Shown here piece after piece: positions 42,768-52,130 of a stretch of DNA of 64,000 nucleotides. The position numbers were made by a program, and so were the translations under genes. Position 1 is the first letter of the stretch. Every line of letters begins with the position of its first letter. Source of the DNA: Methanobacteriota archaeon (lineage in GTDB: Archaea; Thermoplasmatota; Poseidoniia; Poseidoniales; Thalassarchaeaceae); the NCBI GenBank assembly GCA_014240285.1, contig JAAZXI010000003.1:398-64397 (forward strand), read 5' to 3'. The notes beneath the pieces were generated by a model, which searched no databases, had not been told where the DNA came from, and saw only the letters and a list, made by a program, of their open reading frames with translations.

Positions 42768-43472
42768 ATGATGGACGCAAGAGGTGTGCTCGATCTGCTT
42801 GACCTCACACTGCTCAACCACGATGCAAGCGAAGCCGACCTCGATATACTATGTCAGAAGGCCAATGAGCACCGCCCTGCGGCGGTTTGCATCTTCGCCG
42901 AGCACGTCACTTATGTCAAGAGTCGTTTGGATGAGGGAATACCTGTGGCTGCCGTAGCCGCTGGCTTCCCAGTTGGAGAGAGTGATCCCTCAGCTGCGTC
43001 CGAAGCCATACGTGCAGCAGTACAGATTGGGGCAGATGAAATTGATTGCGTCCTAGAGCCACGCGAGGCCGAGGACTTTCCAGGAGAGTTTGAACTGGCG
43101 ATGCTTATTGCTATGCGAGAGGCTTCAGCTGGCTGTGCCCTAAAAGTCATCATCGAAACTCCTCTTCTCGATGAGCGCAGCATGCGCGCCTCCGCACGGA
43201 TGACACTGGCAGCAGGAGCAGACTTCGTCAAGAGTTGTACAGGTAAACGAGGTGGATGCAGTGATGAAGCAGCTAAGATTCTGGCATTTGAGGTCATGAG
43301 ACATGGCATCACCATGGGCAGCCACCCAGGAGTCAAGCTTTCAGGAGGGATAAGCACCCTCGAAGATGTGGGGCGCTTGGTCGGACTTGTCAGCTCCGAG
43401 GACCCGAGTATCAAGGGCCCTGAGAGGCTGAGAATTGGTGCGTCGTCGTTGCTTGACGAACTCGTAGGATGA
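42768..43472 (+). CDS. deoC: Deoxyribose-phosphate aldolase (E. coli DeoC-like)
   Basis: Motifs are LLDLTLLN, GADEIDCV, LKVIIET, GADFVKSCTGK and KLSGGI. Confidence 0.9.
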   Translation: MMDARGVLDLLDLTLLNHDASEADLDILCQKANEHRPAAVCIFAEHVTYVKSRLDEGIPVAAVAAGFPVGESDPSAASEAIRAAVQIGADEIDCVLEPREAEDFPGEFELAMLIAMREASAGCALKVIIETPLLDERSMRASARMTLAAGADFVKSCTGKRGGCSDEAAKILAFEVMRHGITMGSHPGVKLSGGISTLEDVGRLVGLVSSEDPSIKGPERLRIGASSLLDELVG

Positions 43473-43548
43473 TGGTGGGCTCGGCAGGAATTGAACCTGC
43501 GATCTTCGCCATGTGAAGGCGACGTCATAACCCCTAGACCACGAGCCC
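43473..43548 (-). tRNA. tRNA-Val (anticodon CAC), CCA encoded
   Basis: The reverse complement reads GGGCTCG...TCGCC-TTCACAT-GGCGA...GCAGG-TTCAATT-CCTGC-CGAGCCC-A-CCA. Its 3' end directly abuts the deoC stop codon. Confidence 0.9.
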
Positions 43549-43647
43549 GCGCTCCACAGCCGGCCATGAGTCGGCAATAAGCGTGATGACTCGTCTCGAG
43601 AGCACAACTCCCGCCGGAATCAAAAGTCGGCCCTAATTCGGCGTTCC

Positions 43648-45093
43648 ATGGTAGCAGGTCTAGACTTTGATGTTCTGCGCCAGAAAGAGACTTGGCAGGC
43701 ATTCGGTGTTGGCGTAGTCTTGTTCTGTATCATAGGATATTCGTCCCTAGCACTATTTGGCCTCTCAGCATCTGCGTACGGGGTGTCTGACGACATCGAG
43801 CCGGTGCCTGACTTCGAGGTCGCTACAATGAACCGGACAGGGATCGATGATGCCATCGCCGACGATTCGGGGATGGTCCGACTGTCCGACCTACAAGGAA
43901 GCGTGGTCGTTCTGGACTTCATGGCGGTAGACTGCTCAAACTGCCACTATGTCCAGACGCACATAGGCCAGAATCTCGAGAATTGGCAGACGCTCGAAGG
44001 ACCATACGATGTAGTGGTCCTGTCAATCGGCTCCTGGTATGGCTACGAAACTTTCGAAGACATCAATGCGACCTTTGGAGAGTCGGACTCCGACAAGCAC
44101 ATGCCATGGCCGGTCGCCAACGGTGGTACCGATGTCGTGATTCTCGAAGATGGTGGCACTGGTGATCTAGTCGAGTACTACTTTGCTCAAGCCATCCCAC
44201 TGGTGATTGTAATCGACCATGAAGGGTACGTCGTCGCCAAGGAGCACACTGGAACACCTCTCGATGGGTGGTCGTCCTTCGATTCGGCGGTTGCAAGCGC
44301 AAATGCTGGCGAGGCTGATAGTCTCCGATTCGGCATTGAGAAGGCTGATCGATCGCTCTCGGGGGTCTTCGTGATTGGCCTATTCCTGGGCGTCCTGGTC
44401 TACTTCTCTCCCTGCGCATTCCCAGTACTGCCCTCTTACATCGCGTATTACCTCAACCTCGGGATGAGGGAGGATGAATTGCAGGAGGCTGGCAAGCTCT
44501 CTGGCAGTATGCCCAAGTCCTTCGAGGTCGGCATCTATGCTGCTCTAGGTCAACTAACCTTCTTCGGGGCAATCGGGGTTATCATCTTCGGACTTGACGG
44601 AATCATTGGCCTCTCTGGAGTGCTGCATGATATCGCGATTGCAATAGCATGGCTGCTGGTAATCCTCGGTAGCCTCATGCTGCTCGGCTGGACCTCGCAT
44701 CTGCTGAACTGGGTCCAGAGTATACTCGACCGCTACCAGACCACTGAGATGGATGAGCAATTCACGCCTAGACGCAACATGTTCCTGTGGGGCATCGGAT
44801 ACAGCGCGGCCTCGGTAGACTGCACTGCCGCTGCAGTATTCCCATTCGTTGCTTGGCTCGCTGTAGTCGGCAACGGTGCCTTCGCGTTCGGGATGACCGG
44901 ACTAATCCTTTCAGTCACCATGCTGATGATAGCAGTGACAGTATTAGTCGGCCTTGGCCGGCAGTCGATGCTCGATTTCCTCCGGCGCTCTACTGGGATA
45001 GTCAAGGCCACTGGTGCGTGGATGATGATGTTCGCGGGAATTGGTCTGCTCATCTACCTGACGCAGCCCGAAATCGTCGCAGATTTACTATGA
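43648..45093 (+). CDS. Fusion of a TlpA/ResA-like thioredoxin domain and a CcdA/DsbD-type transmembrane thiol-disulfide transporter
   Basis: An N-terminal TM is followed by VVVLDFMAVDCSNCHYV (CxxC). The multi-TM part carries FSPCAFPVLPSYIAYY, the CcdA signature. Confidence 0.8.
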   Translation: MVAGLDFDVLRQKETWQAFGVGVVLFCIIGYSSLALFGLSASAYGVSDDIEPVPDFEVATMNRTGIDDAIADDSGMVRLSDLQGSVVVLDFMAVDCSNCHYVQTHIGQNLENWQTLEGPYDVVVLSIGSWYGYETFEDINATFGESDSDKHMPWPVANGGTDVVILEDGGTGDLVEYYFAQAIPLVIVIDHEGYVVAKEHTGTPLDGWSSFDSAVASANAGEADSLRFGIEKADRSLSGVFVIGLFLGVLVYFSPCAFPVLPSYIAYYLNLGMREDELQEAGKLSGSMPKSFEVGIYAALGQLTFFGAIGVIIFGLDGIIGLSGVLHDIAIAIAWLLVILGSLMLLGWTSHLLNWVQSILDRYQTTEMDEQFTPRRNMFLWGIGYSAASVDCTAAAVFPFVAWLAVVGNGAFAFGMTGLILSVTMLMIAVTVLVGLGRQSMLDFLRRSTGIVKATGAWMMMFAGIGLLIYLTQPEIVADLL

Positions 45094-45130
45094 GCATAAG
45101 TCAAGTACCATCAGCGATGCGCGCGAATCA

Positions 45131-47257
45131 ATGGAACCTCTGATGGGGCTCGTTCTGTTTGTCTCGGTAGGTGTTTGCGCGTACCTCGCGTGGAATATCG
45201 GTGCCAATGATGTCGCGAATGCGATGGGGACATCTGTCGGCTCTCGCGCGCTGACGCTCAAGCAAGCAGTAATCATCGCTGCCATCTTTGAGTTCATAGG
45301 TGCTTTCTTCGCTGGAGATGCAGTTACAGACACAGTTCGCAAGGGAATCTTAGTTGTTGATTTCGACAATCAGGCTCTAGTTGACGCGATTTCAAATGAT
45401 CTAATGTATGGCTTCATAGCTGCCATGATGGCAGCGGCGGTCTGGTTAACTATCGCCACGAGATACGGACTACCGGTTTCGACCACTCACAGTATCATCG
45501 GTGGAATTGTCGGTGTCGGATTAGTCATGGAGGTTCAGCATGAAACCTCTCTCATCGACTGGGCGGTAGTCGAGAAGGTCGCTATGTCATGGGTTGCTAG
45601 CCCAGTGATGGGGGGTCTATTCGCATTCTTCACATTCTGGGTCATCAGAGAGGCTATTCTCGATACGTCTGATCCTGAGGCGCGCGCGCGCTGGGTGGCA
45701 CCGATACTTTCTATCCCGACGTTTTTCGTGCTTGGCCTTGCACTACAGTTCAAAGCTCTGAAGGGTTTCTTCGCAAGGGCTCAGGAGAATGGCTGGATTG
45801 AGAACAAATACGACTGGTTGCCAGTCAAAGAGAATGGTTCTTGGAACCCTATGATGGAAAATGCATGGTTCCCAATCAACAGCCTCATCCTAGCAGGAAT
45901 AATTTCTGTCATCGCTGCAGTGATTTTGGCCTACATCCTGAGGAACTACGATTTCAAGGGTGAGGATGAGGGTTTCCATGGTGTCGAGAGGATATTTGTC
46001 TGGTTGCAAGTCATTGCCGCTGCCTATGTCGCCTTTGCTCACGGAGCCAATGATCGATCCAATGCCATAGGTCCGATGGCCGCTGTTTACCAAGTCCTTT
46101 CGAATGATGGGCAACTCGAAGCGGTGGCTAATGTACCGACTTGGCTCGTTCTTCTGGGAAGCATCGGGATAGCTGTCGGTGTGGTCACTTGGGGATGGAG
46201 AGTGATGGAAACGATAGGGAGCAAGATCACCGACATCACGCCTACTCGTGGCTTCGCAGCGACATTTGGCGCTGCAACGACTGTACTGATCTTCTCCATG
46301 CCCTTCCTCGCTGTCCCCGTTTCCACCACTCACACTCTCGTAGGCGCAGTAGTTGGAGTAGGGCTAGCAGGGGGTGCAAAGGCCGTCGACTTCAGGGTCT
46401 TTGGCAAGATTATCGCCTCTTGGATAGCGAGTCTTCCAGCTGCGGGATTCGGTTCGATAGTAATCTACGTAGCCGTCAGCTCAGATCCCATCAAGATGCT
46501 CATCGTCATACCCCTCGCACTCGCCATGGTGGTCTATGTAATTTGGTCCACTCGTGACGGAGAGGTGTTTGTCGATGACGCTTTGGCCGATGCAGGGGGA
46601 GATACAGAGAAGGGGGCTCCAACATACTTCGAATTGTTCCATACACACGCCGTGGCTGTTGAGGACACGGTCAACCACATGCTAGAAGCAGTGAACAACG
46701 CAGCGGACGGAAAGGATCCGAGTGAAGCCATCGAGGCGACTATATCGGCCGAATTGAATGCTGACAATGTGAAGAATGATTTGCGAAGAAGGGTCGGTTC
46801 AGGCAAGTGGAATCTGCTGATGAGGTCTGATGACTTCTACCACATGCTAGCCCGCCAAGATCGCATTGCTGACTATGCTCAAAACGTCGCCGAACAACTC
46901 TCCTTCAGACCACTCTATGACAATGCGGAGGCCAAAACCCTGCTCAAGGAAATGGCACAAGCGGTGGCTAAGACTGCGGCTACCTACGAGGATACTGTCG
47001 AAGCGCTGCGTGACCTAACGCTTTCCGGGTACACTAGGGCCGGCCGCGAGAAGTTGGGAGGACTGATTGACGATGTCAATCTGGCTGAGCACGAGTCCGA
47101 CTTGGTCGAGAGTCGGGCGGCTGGGTACGTGTTCAGCATCGGCGAGGATGATCCACTGGCTGCCGTACACATGTACCGAGTCCTACAACGTCTCGACGAT
47201 GTATCCAATGCATGCGAGACTGCGGCAAACGCCTTCCTGCCGATGGTGTACAACTGA
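45131..47257 (+). CDS. PiT-family inorganic phosphate transporter fused to a PhoU-like/DUF47 accessory domain
   Basis: The two PiT signature repeats are GANDVANAMGTSVGS and GANDRSNAIGP. The roughly 210-aa C-terminal helical domain resembles Pit accessory proteins. Confidence 0.85.
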   Translation: MEPLMGLVLFVSVGVCAYLAWNIGANDVANAMGTSVGSRALTLKQAVIIAAIFEFIGAFFAGDAVTDTVRKGILVVDFDNQALVDAISNDLMYGFIAAMMAAAVWLTIATRYGLPVSTTHSIIGGIVGVGLVMEVQHETSLIDWAVVEKVAMSWVASPVMGGLFAFFTFWVIREAILDTSDPEARARWVAPILSIPTFFVLGLALQFKALKGFFARAQENGWIENKYDWLPVKENGSWNPMMENAWFPINSLILAGIISVIAAVILAYILRNYDFKGEDEGFHGVERIFVWLQVIAAAYVAFAHGANDRSNAIGPMAAVYQVLSNDGQLEAVANVPTWLVLLGSIGIAVGVVTWGWRVMETIGSKITDITPTRGFAATFGAATTVLIFSMPFLAVPVSTTHTLVGAVVGVGLAGGAKAVDFRVFGKIIASWIASLPAAGFGSIVIYVAVSSDPIKMLIVIPLALAMVVYVIWSTRDGEVFVDDALADAGGDTEKGAPTYFELFHTHAVAVEDTVNHMLEAVNNAADGKDPSEAIEATISAELNADNVKNDLRRRVGSGKWNLLMRSDDFYHMLARQDRIADYAQNVAEQLSFRPLYDNAEAKTLLKEMAQAVAKTAATYEDTVEALRDLTLSGYTRAGREKLGGLIDDVNLAEHESDLVESRAAGYVFSIGEDDPLAAVHMYRVLQRLDDVSNACETAANAFLPMVYN

Positions 47258-48067
47258 TTAGACCCAATCGGCGTCCTCGGCAATCTGCTCCGGTGACTGG
47301 CGCTCGACAAGGCCCAGCGCGTACTCAAACAGCTTCCACGCCAGCATGGCCGTGGCGAGCCCGGTTGCCAGATCGAACAGATAGTGCTGCTTGGTCGTCA
47401 GAATACTTACGCACAGCAACACATACTCAATCCACAGTAAGACCAGAAATGCCTTCGCGAGAGGCTTTCCACCATGTTCTCGATTAACCCAGAAAGTCAT
47501 CAACCTAGCGAGCAGGTAAGAGTGGACTATGTGCAGGCTCGGCCATGCGTTCCACGGGTTGTCGGAGAAGTGGATGAAACCGAATAGAGAGGCCTCAATT
47601 CCAACTAGAGAGTCCAAATCAAGCTGATCCCTTAGGTCAATCTCAGCCGGGAAGAAAAGGAAGAAGAAGGTGCAGAAAAGAGTGATGAGAATGAGCCCCT
47701 GCATCGCCAGAATAAGTTCGGCCCTACCCTTATCGTCCCTAGGACTGATTATGAGAGTGGCAGGATAGAACAGGTATAGCGCAGTATAGGGGACAATCAT
47801 CCAGTTGACTACGGGAATCTCGCGGTCCAGCCATATCTCCGGATCCCAAACCGTACTGAGGTAGTGCTCTGCGATGTTGTTTGAGCCGAAGTAGGGGGCA
47901 GCGACGCAGAGCATGCCGAAGAGGAACATCTCAATTGGGAACCAGTATCCACCCATCATCTCACGGCGTGACCACGTCGAACGCCAGAACCCCTTCCAAG
48001 GCATCACAAGAGAGTGAATGCGAGTGGGGGGCGACTCATCCATGGGGCCCCGATGCGCGTAGGGCAA
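47258..48067 (-). CDS. PAP2-superfamily membrane protein (Aur1/Ipt1- or sphingomyelin-synthase-like subgroup)
   Basis: It is multi-TM, with WPSLHIVHS and TKQHYLFDLATG, which correspond to the C2 and C3 PAP2 motifs. Its stop codon is flush against the PiT gene stop. Confidence 0.6.
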   Translation of the reverse strand: MPYAHRGPMDESPPTRIHSLVMPWKGFWRSTWSRREMMGGYWFPIEMFLFGMLCVAAPYFGSNNIAEHYLSTVWDPEIWLDREIPVVNWMIVPYTALYLFYPATLIISPRDDKGRAELILAMQGLILITLFCTFFFLFFPAEIDLRDQLDLDSLVGIEASLFGFIHFSDNPWNAWPSLHIVHSYLLARLMTFWVNREHGGKPLAKAFLVLLWIEYVLLCVSILTTKQHYLFDLATGLATAMLAWKLFEYALGLVERQSPEQIAEDADWV

Positions 48068-48086
48068 ATGAATCTAGGGGGCGGTC

Positions 48087-49511
48087 TCAAGCGACTTCGT
48101 CGGGCAACGCATATGAGCCCGCAACAGTCACGACTCCGGAACCAATCAAGGCAGAGAGAAATATCTCAAGATTGGCTAGTCCCCACTCATTTGTAGGCGA
48201 GGTCAGATAGTCTATCCCTGTGGCAAAGTCGGCTGTCGCAGTTCCGTAAGCTACTACAGATAGGAGTCCTGCTAAAGCCCCCAGCAAAGCTCCCTTCGAA
48301 GATATCTTGTCCCAGAGAGTCAGTAGGACTGGAGCAACGGTGGCCGCGGCGAGCAGATCGGCGAAAAGGAATATCTCGAAGACGCTGAGAGCATCTATGG
48401 TCCTAGCGAGATAGATTGCGACTGGAATCATGGCGATGGTTGCTATTCGAGCGTGAGAGAGCTGCATCGAACCGTTGGCGATGTCACGTGATATGGACGC
48501 CACCACAGCATTCTGTAAGGTATCAGCGCTGGAGCAGACCAGTGCGACTGCCAGAACAACGAATGCTGCGATTAGGAGTACATTGGCATCTTCGATTAGA
48601 GTAAAGAAGGCTGCAGATGGGTCTTCGACTGCTCCCTGACCGGCGACCACTGTCCCCAGCACACCCATCACGAAGACGAGCGGGAGGACGAGCGCTGCGG
48701 CTAGGAAGGAGCCTTTTCTCAGGGCCTCGTCACTCTCCGAGGCCCATGCACGCTGCCAGTTGCCTTGAGAGAACATCTCGGCTGCGGTTATTGCCACCAC
48801 CAGAGCGAGTCCGGATTTGAACGAATCCGTGTAGGACATGCTGCCAATCGACCACTCGTCCTCGGGGTTGTACGCTTTGGCGTCCTCAATCAGAGTCCCG
48901 ATATCGGCACCGAATAGAATTAGCAGTAGGGCAATCACCAGCCACAGTATCATCCAAGCCTGCCAGCGGTCGGTCTGAAGCGAGGCAGGAAGTCCACCGT
49001 ACGCTGTATAAGCGGCTGTGACAACGGCTACCGCCAGCATTGGCACTATGGGGTCCATCCCTGTGAGAGTCTCCATTGCCTTGCCGATAGCAGTGAACTC
49101 GGCGAACAAAAATGTGAACATGTAGAGTACCGAGATCAGTCCCACATAGACCTGCATCGGACGACCCAGTCTCATTCTGACATAGTCTGCCAGCGTGACC
49201 CCATCAGGCAGACGCTCGCGTATCATTGGCCCGACGTAAGCCAGCAGCATGAACGGTGTAGCAGAGGAGAGTGCGTAACCGGTGACGTCCCAGAAACCAC
49301 CATAGTAGCCCACCTCGGACGGTCCGAACAGAATCCATATACCCATTCCAGATGCGAATAGACTCAGGCCGATTCTCTGCCAGTTTTGGCTACCTCGGGC
49401 TGCCAAGTATGTGTCTGAGTCAAGCTCTCTCTGAGATCCAGCGGAATAGCCGATGTATCCGAAGAATCCTAGTGTCCCCAGTAGTAGTGTGTAGGAGAAT
49501 AGTGTGTCCAT
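48087..49511 (-). CDS. Sodium:solute symporter family transporter
   Basis: It has about 12-13 TM helices and an SSF-like N-terminus (YLAARGSQNWQRIGLSLFASGMG). Its ATG at 49511 shares one base with the upstream TGA (TGATG). Confidence 0.75.
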   Translation of the reverse strand: MDTLFSYTLLLGTLGFFGYIGYSAGSQRELDSDTYLAARGSQNWQRIGLSLFASGMGIWILFGPSEVGYYGGFWDVTGYALSSATPFMLLAYVGPMIRERLPDGVTLADYVRMRLGRPMQVYVGLISVLYMFTFLFAEFTAIGKAMETLTGMDPIVPMLAVAVVTAAYTAYGGLPASLQTDRWQAWMILWLVIALLLILFGADIGTLIEDAKAYNPEDEWSIGSMSYTDSFKSGLALVVAITAAEMFSQGNWQRAWASESDEALRKGSFLAAALVLPLVFVMGVLGTVVAGQGAVEDPSAAFFTLIEDANVLLIAAFVVLAVALVCSSADTLQNAVVASISRDIANGSMQLSHARIATIAMIPVAIYLARTIDALSVFEIFLFADLLAAATVAPVLLTLWDKISSKGALLGALAGLLSVVAYGTATADFATGIDYLTSPTNEWGLANLEIFLSALIGSGVVTVAGSYALPDEVA

Positions 49512-51127
49512 CAATCCTCACCCATGAACGGGTAGCTCCAGTCCTGTGGGATGTCGATTGCCCGCTTGACTGAGCGGGGGCTAATCCATCGGAGCAGGTT
49601 CAGAGGGCCGCCTGCCTTGTCGTTGGTACCGCTGGCCCGTGCCCCGCCGAACGGCTGCTGGCCGACGACTGCCCCGGTCGGCTTGTCGTTGATGTAGAAG
49701 TTCCCGGCTGTGAAACGAAGAGCGTTGAACGCCTTCTGTATGTTGGACTCATCACTGGCAAAAATCGAGCCGGTGAGAGCGTAAGGGGATGCCTCGTCGC
49801 ACATCCTCAGGACGTTATCGAAGTCATCGTCGTCGTACACGAAAACGGTGAGTACCGGTCCGAATATCTCCTCGACCATGGCCTCTGAAGTCGGGTTGGT
49901 GGTGACGATTATTGTCGGCTCAATGAACCAGCCCGTGCTGCCATCTGAGCTGCCTCCGACGATGATCTGGCAGCAGTCGCGGCCCTGGGCGCGCTCGATG
50001 TAGCCTGTAATTTTGTCAAAGGCCCGCTGGTCTATCACAGCGGTCATGAAGTTTGTGAAATCTCTCGCATCGCCCATCTTGATCTTGCTAATCTCTGCAC
50101 ACAGATCATCCGAGATGGCGTTCCAGACAGATTGTGGTATGTAGGCGCGACTAGCCGCGGAGCATTTCTGTCCCTGGAACTCGAAAGCTCCGCGTAGAAG
50201 CGCGACTAGTAGACCCTGGCGGTCACAGTCAGGGTGAGCGACGACGAAGTCCTTGCCCCCAGTCTCGCCAACTATCCGAGGGTATGACCGAAGATTGGGG
50301 AGGGCTAGGCCAATTTCTTGCCACAGCCCCTGGAAGGTGGCAGTCGAGCCAGTGAAGTGTAGCCCGGCGAAATCCGGATTTGCCAGAGCGATTTCGGTGA
50401 TTTCAGCGCCCGAGCCAGGTAGGAAGTTGATGACTCCTGCTGGTAGACCTGCCTCCATCATCAGCTGCATCAGGACATAATTCGAATGGTACGAGTTTCG
50501 GCTTGGTTTCCATACCGAGGTGCATCCGACTATCGCTGGGGCACTGGGTAGGTTTCCAGCAATGCTCGTGAAGTTGAAGGGCGTAATTGCGAGAACGAAG
50601 CCCTCAAGGGGCCTAATCTCGGTCGAGTTCTGGACTCCCTCGGGGGAGATGAGTGGTTGGAAGTCGTCATGGAAGCCACGCGCATAATGGCAGTTGAATC
50701 GCCAGAAGTCAATGAGTTCGCAGGCAGCGTCTATCTCCGCCTGGAACACCGTCTTCGACTGGTTCAGCATGGTTGAGGCATTCACTCTCATGCGCCAGTC
50801 GCCTGCCAGGAGGTCGGCGCATCGCTCGAAGACCGCGCAGCGGCCCTCGAGACCTAGTTCGATCCAAGCCTGCTGTGCGTCGACAGCGGCAGCGCAAGCA
50901 GCCTCCATCTCCTCCCTTCCCGCCAGGTGGACATTGGCGAGTATGTGCCCGTGGTCGTGCGGGATGACCTGAGTGGTCGTCGTGCCTGTGTAAATCTCCT
51001 CGCCGTTGATGATGCAGGGTATCTCTACAACTTCTGACATCTGCCTATCTACCTCATCCATGAGGGCGGATTTCTCGCTACTTCCGGGGGCATAGCCCAA
51101 TATCGGTTCATTGATTGGTTGGGCCAT
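49511..51127 (-). CDS. 1-pyrroline-5-carboxylate dehydrogenase (ALDH4-like aldehyde dehydrogenase)
   Basis: Motifs are WKPS, FTGST, ETGGKD and FEFQGQKCSAASRAYIP, close to ALDH4A1 around the catalytic Cys. The 538-aa length is typical. Confidence 0.85.
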   Translation of the reverse strand: MAQPINEPILGYAPGSSEKSALMDEVDRQMSEVVEIPCIINGEEIYTGTTTTQVIPHDHGHILANVHLAGREEMEAACAAAVDAQQAWIELGLEGRCAVFERCADLLAGDWRMRVNASTMLNQSKTVFQAEIDAACELIDFWRFNCHYARGFHDDFQPLISPEGVQNSTEIRPLEGFVLAITPFNFTSIAGNLPSAPAIVGCTSVWKPSRNSYHSNYVLMQLMMEAGLPAGVINFLPGSGAEITEIALANPDFAGLHFTGSTATFQGLWQEIGLALPNLRSYPRIVGETGGKDFVVAHPDCDRQGLLVALLRGAFEFQGQKCSAASRAYIPQSVWNAISDDLCAEISKIKMGDARDFTNFMTAVIDQRAFDKITGYIERAQGRDCCQIIVGGSSDGSTGWFIEPTIIVTTNPTSEAMVEEIFGPVLTVFVYDDDDFDNVLRMCDEASPYALTGSIFASDESNIQKAFNALRFTAGNFYINDKPTGAVVGQQPFGGARASGTNDKAGGPLNLLRWISPRSVKRAIDIPQDWSYPFMGED

Positions 51128-51186
51128 GATGAGTCTCGCTCGGAGATTCCATCTAACATTGTTCCGATTAAGAATTTAGAGGAAAC

Positions 51187-51798
51187 CTAGGATTTTCTCT
51201 CCCACCAATTACTCTTCTTCTCAGCGGATTCGAGAACTTCAATTTCTACCCATGATGAAGGATCGAGGTCGTTCCACTTTCGACGGCCCGAGGGAATTGT
51301 CGATCCAGTTGTGGAAAACCAACCCCCATTGAACCAGTCCCTAGCGCCGGTATCTTGTCTGTCATCGATAGACCATCCGGGCCTGCCTCCCTCGTTTGCA
51401 GCGTAATAATACAGACGATTATTGCTATCGCCCATCTTGTACCAGTCCCTACCATTGATAATCTCAGGCTGCCGAACATAGTCTCCCCTATACTCAGGAT
51501 ATGGGTGCTCGGTGATTCCTATTCTCATGGGTCCGACCTTTCCAAGTCTTGGAGCGGAGGAGGGGTCCTCAGGAGCCATGATACCCCATCTAATAGCACC
51601 CAGTCCCATGATATTCATTGACAGTCCGGCCAAGAGGAATGGGAGCGAGAATGCAATCATGAAGACAAAGAATACTGGGTCCTCGAGGCCGAACACTCCG
51701 TCGCTGAACATCATGAGTGGGACTAGAGTGAAAGGAAGCCCGAAGCAGAATAAGAAGAGTCCTCCCATAATCGGGCCAATTCTTCGAGCTATACTCAT
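51187..51798 (-). CDS. Hypothetical membrane protein with a Trp/Gly-rich soluble C-terminal domain
   Basis: It has three hydrophobic helices. I chose ATG 51798 as the start to avoid overlapping the upstream small gene. I recognised no family. Confidence 0.45.
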   Translation of the reverse strand: MSIARRIGPIMGGLFLFCFGLPFTLVPLMMFSDGVFGLEDPVFFVFMIAFSLPFLLAGLSMNIMGLGAIRWGIMAPEDPSSAPRLGKVGPMRIGITEHPYPEYRGDYVRQPEIINGRDWYKMGDSNNRLYYYAANEGGRPGWSIDDRQDTGARDWFNGGWFSTTGSTIPSGRRKWNDLDPSSWVEIEVLESAEKKSNWWERKS

Positions 51799-51818
51799 GA
51801 AACCACTTGATTTGTCCA

Positions 51819-52106
51819 CTATGTCCACTCGGTCGGCTCGTCCTTCTTTGCCTTCTTCCATGCCCTGTAGCATGACTTGCATACTGTGACTCGCTTCGAG
51901 TCCTTGGTGAGTCCTGACTCGCCCCAGACTTCAGCTGCTCTGTCGAAAGCCAATTTTCGACCACCGACCTTCTTGTCGGCCCAGTTTTCGCATCCTGCGA
52001 CATCGCACTTGATTTCGCCTACGTATTCCTCGTCTTCCTTCTTCTCAGAACCAGCGGCGGCTGACGCTGCATTACGCCTCTTACGTGCGTTGGCCTTGAA
52101 TCCCAT
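51819..52106 (-). CDS. Small basic zinc-finger-like protein
   Basis: It is 95 aa with four Cys arranged as CDVAGC ... CKSC. Both termini are Lys/Arg-rich. I recognised no family. Confidence 0.45.
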   Translation of the reverse strand: MGFKANARKRRNAASAAAGSEKKEDEEYVGEIKCDVAGCENWADKKVGGRKLAFDRAAEVWGESGLTKDSKRVTVCKSCYRAWKKAKKDEPTEWT

Positions 52107-52130
52107 ACGGCGCTCGCCAAAGTGGACTGA

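Noticed and set aside
42911-43702. A 263-aa minus-strand ORF antisense to deoC that runs through tRNA-Val.
   Set aside because: It reads straight across a tRNA gene and opposite a well-supported deoC. I treat it as an artefact.
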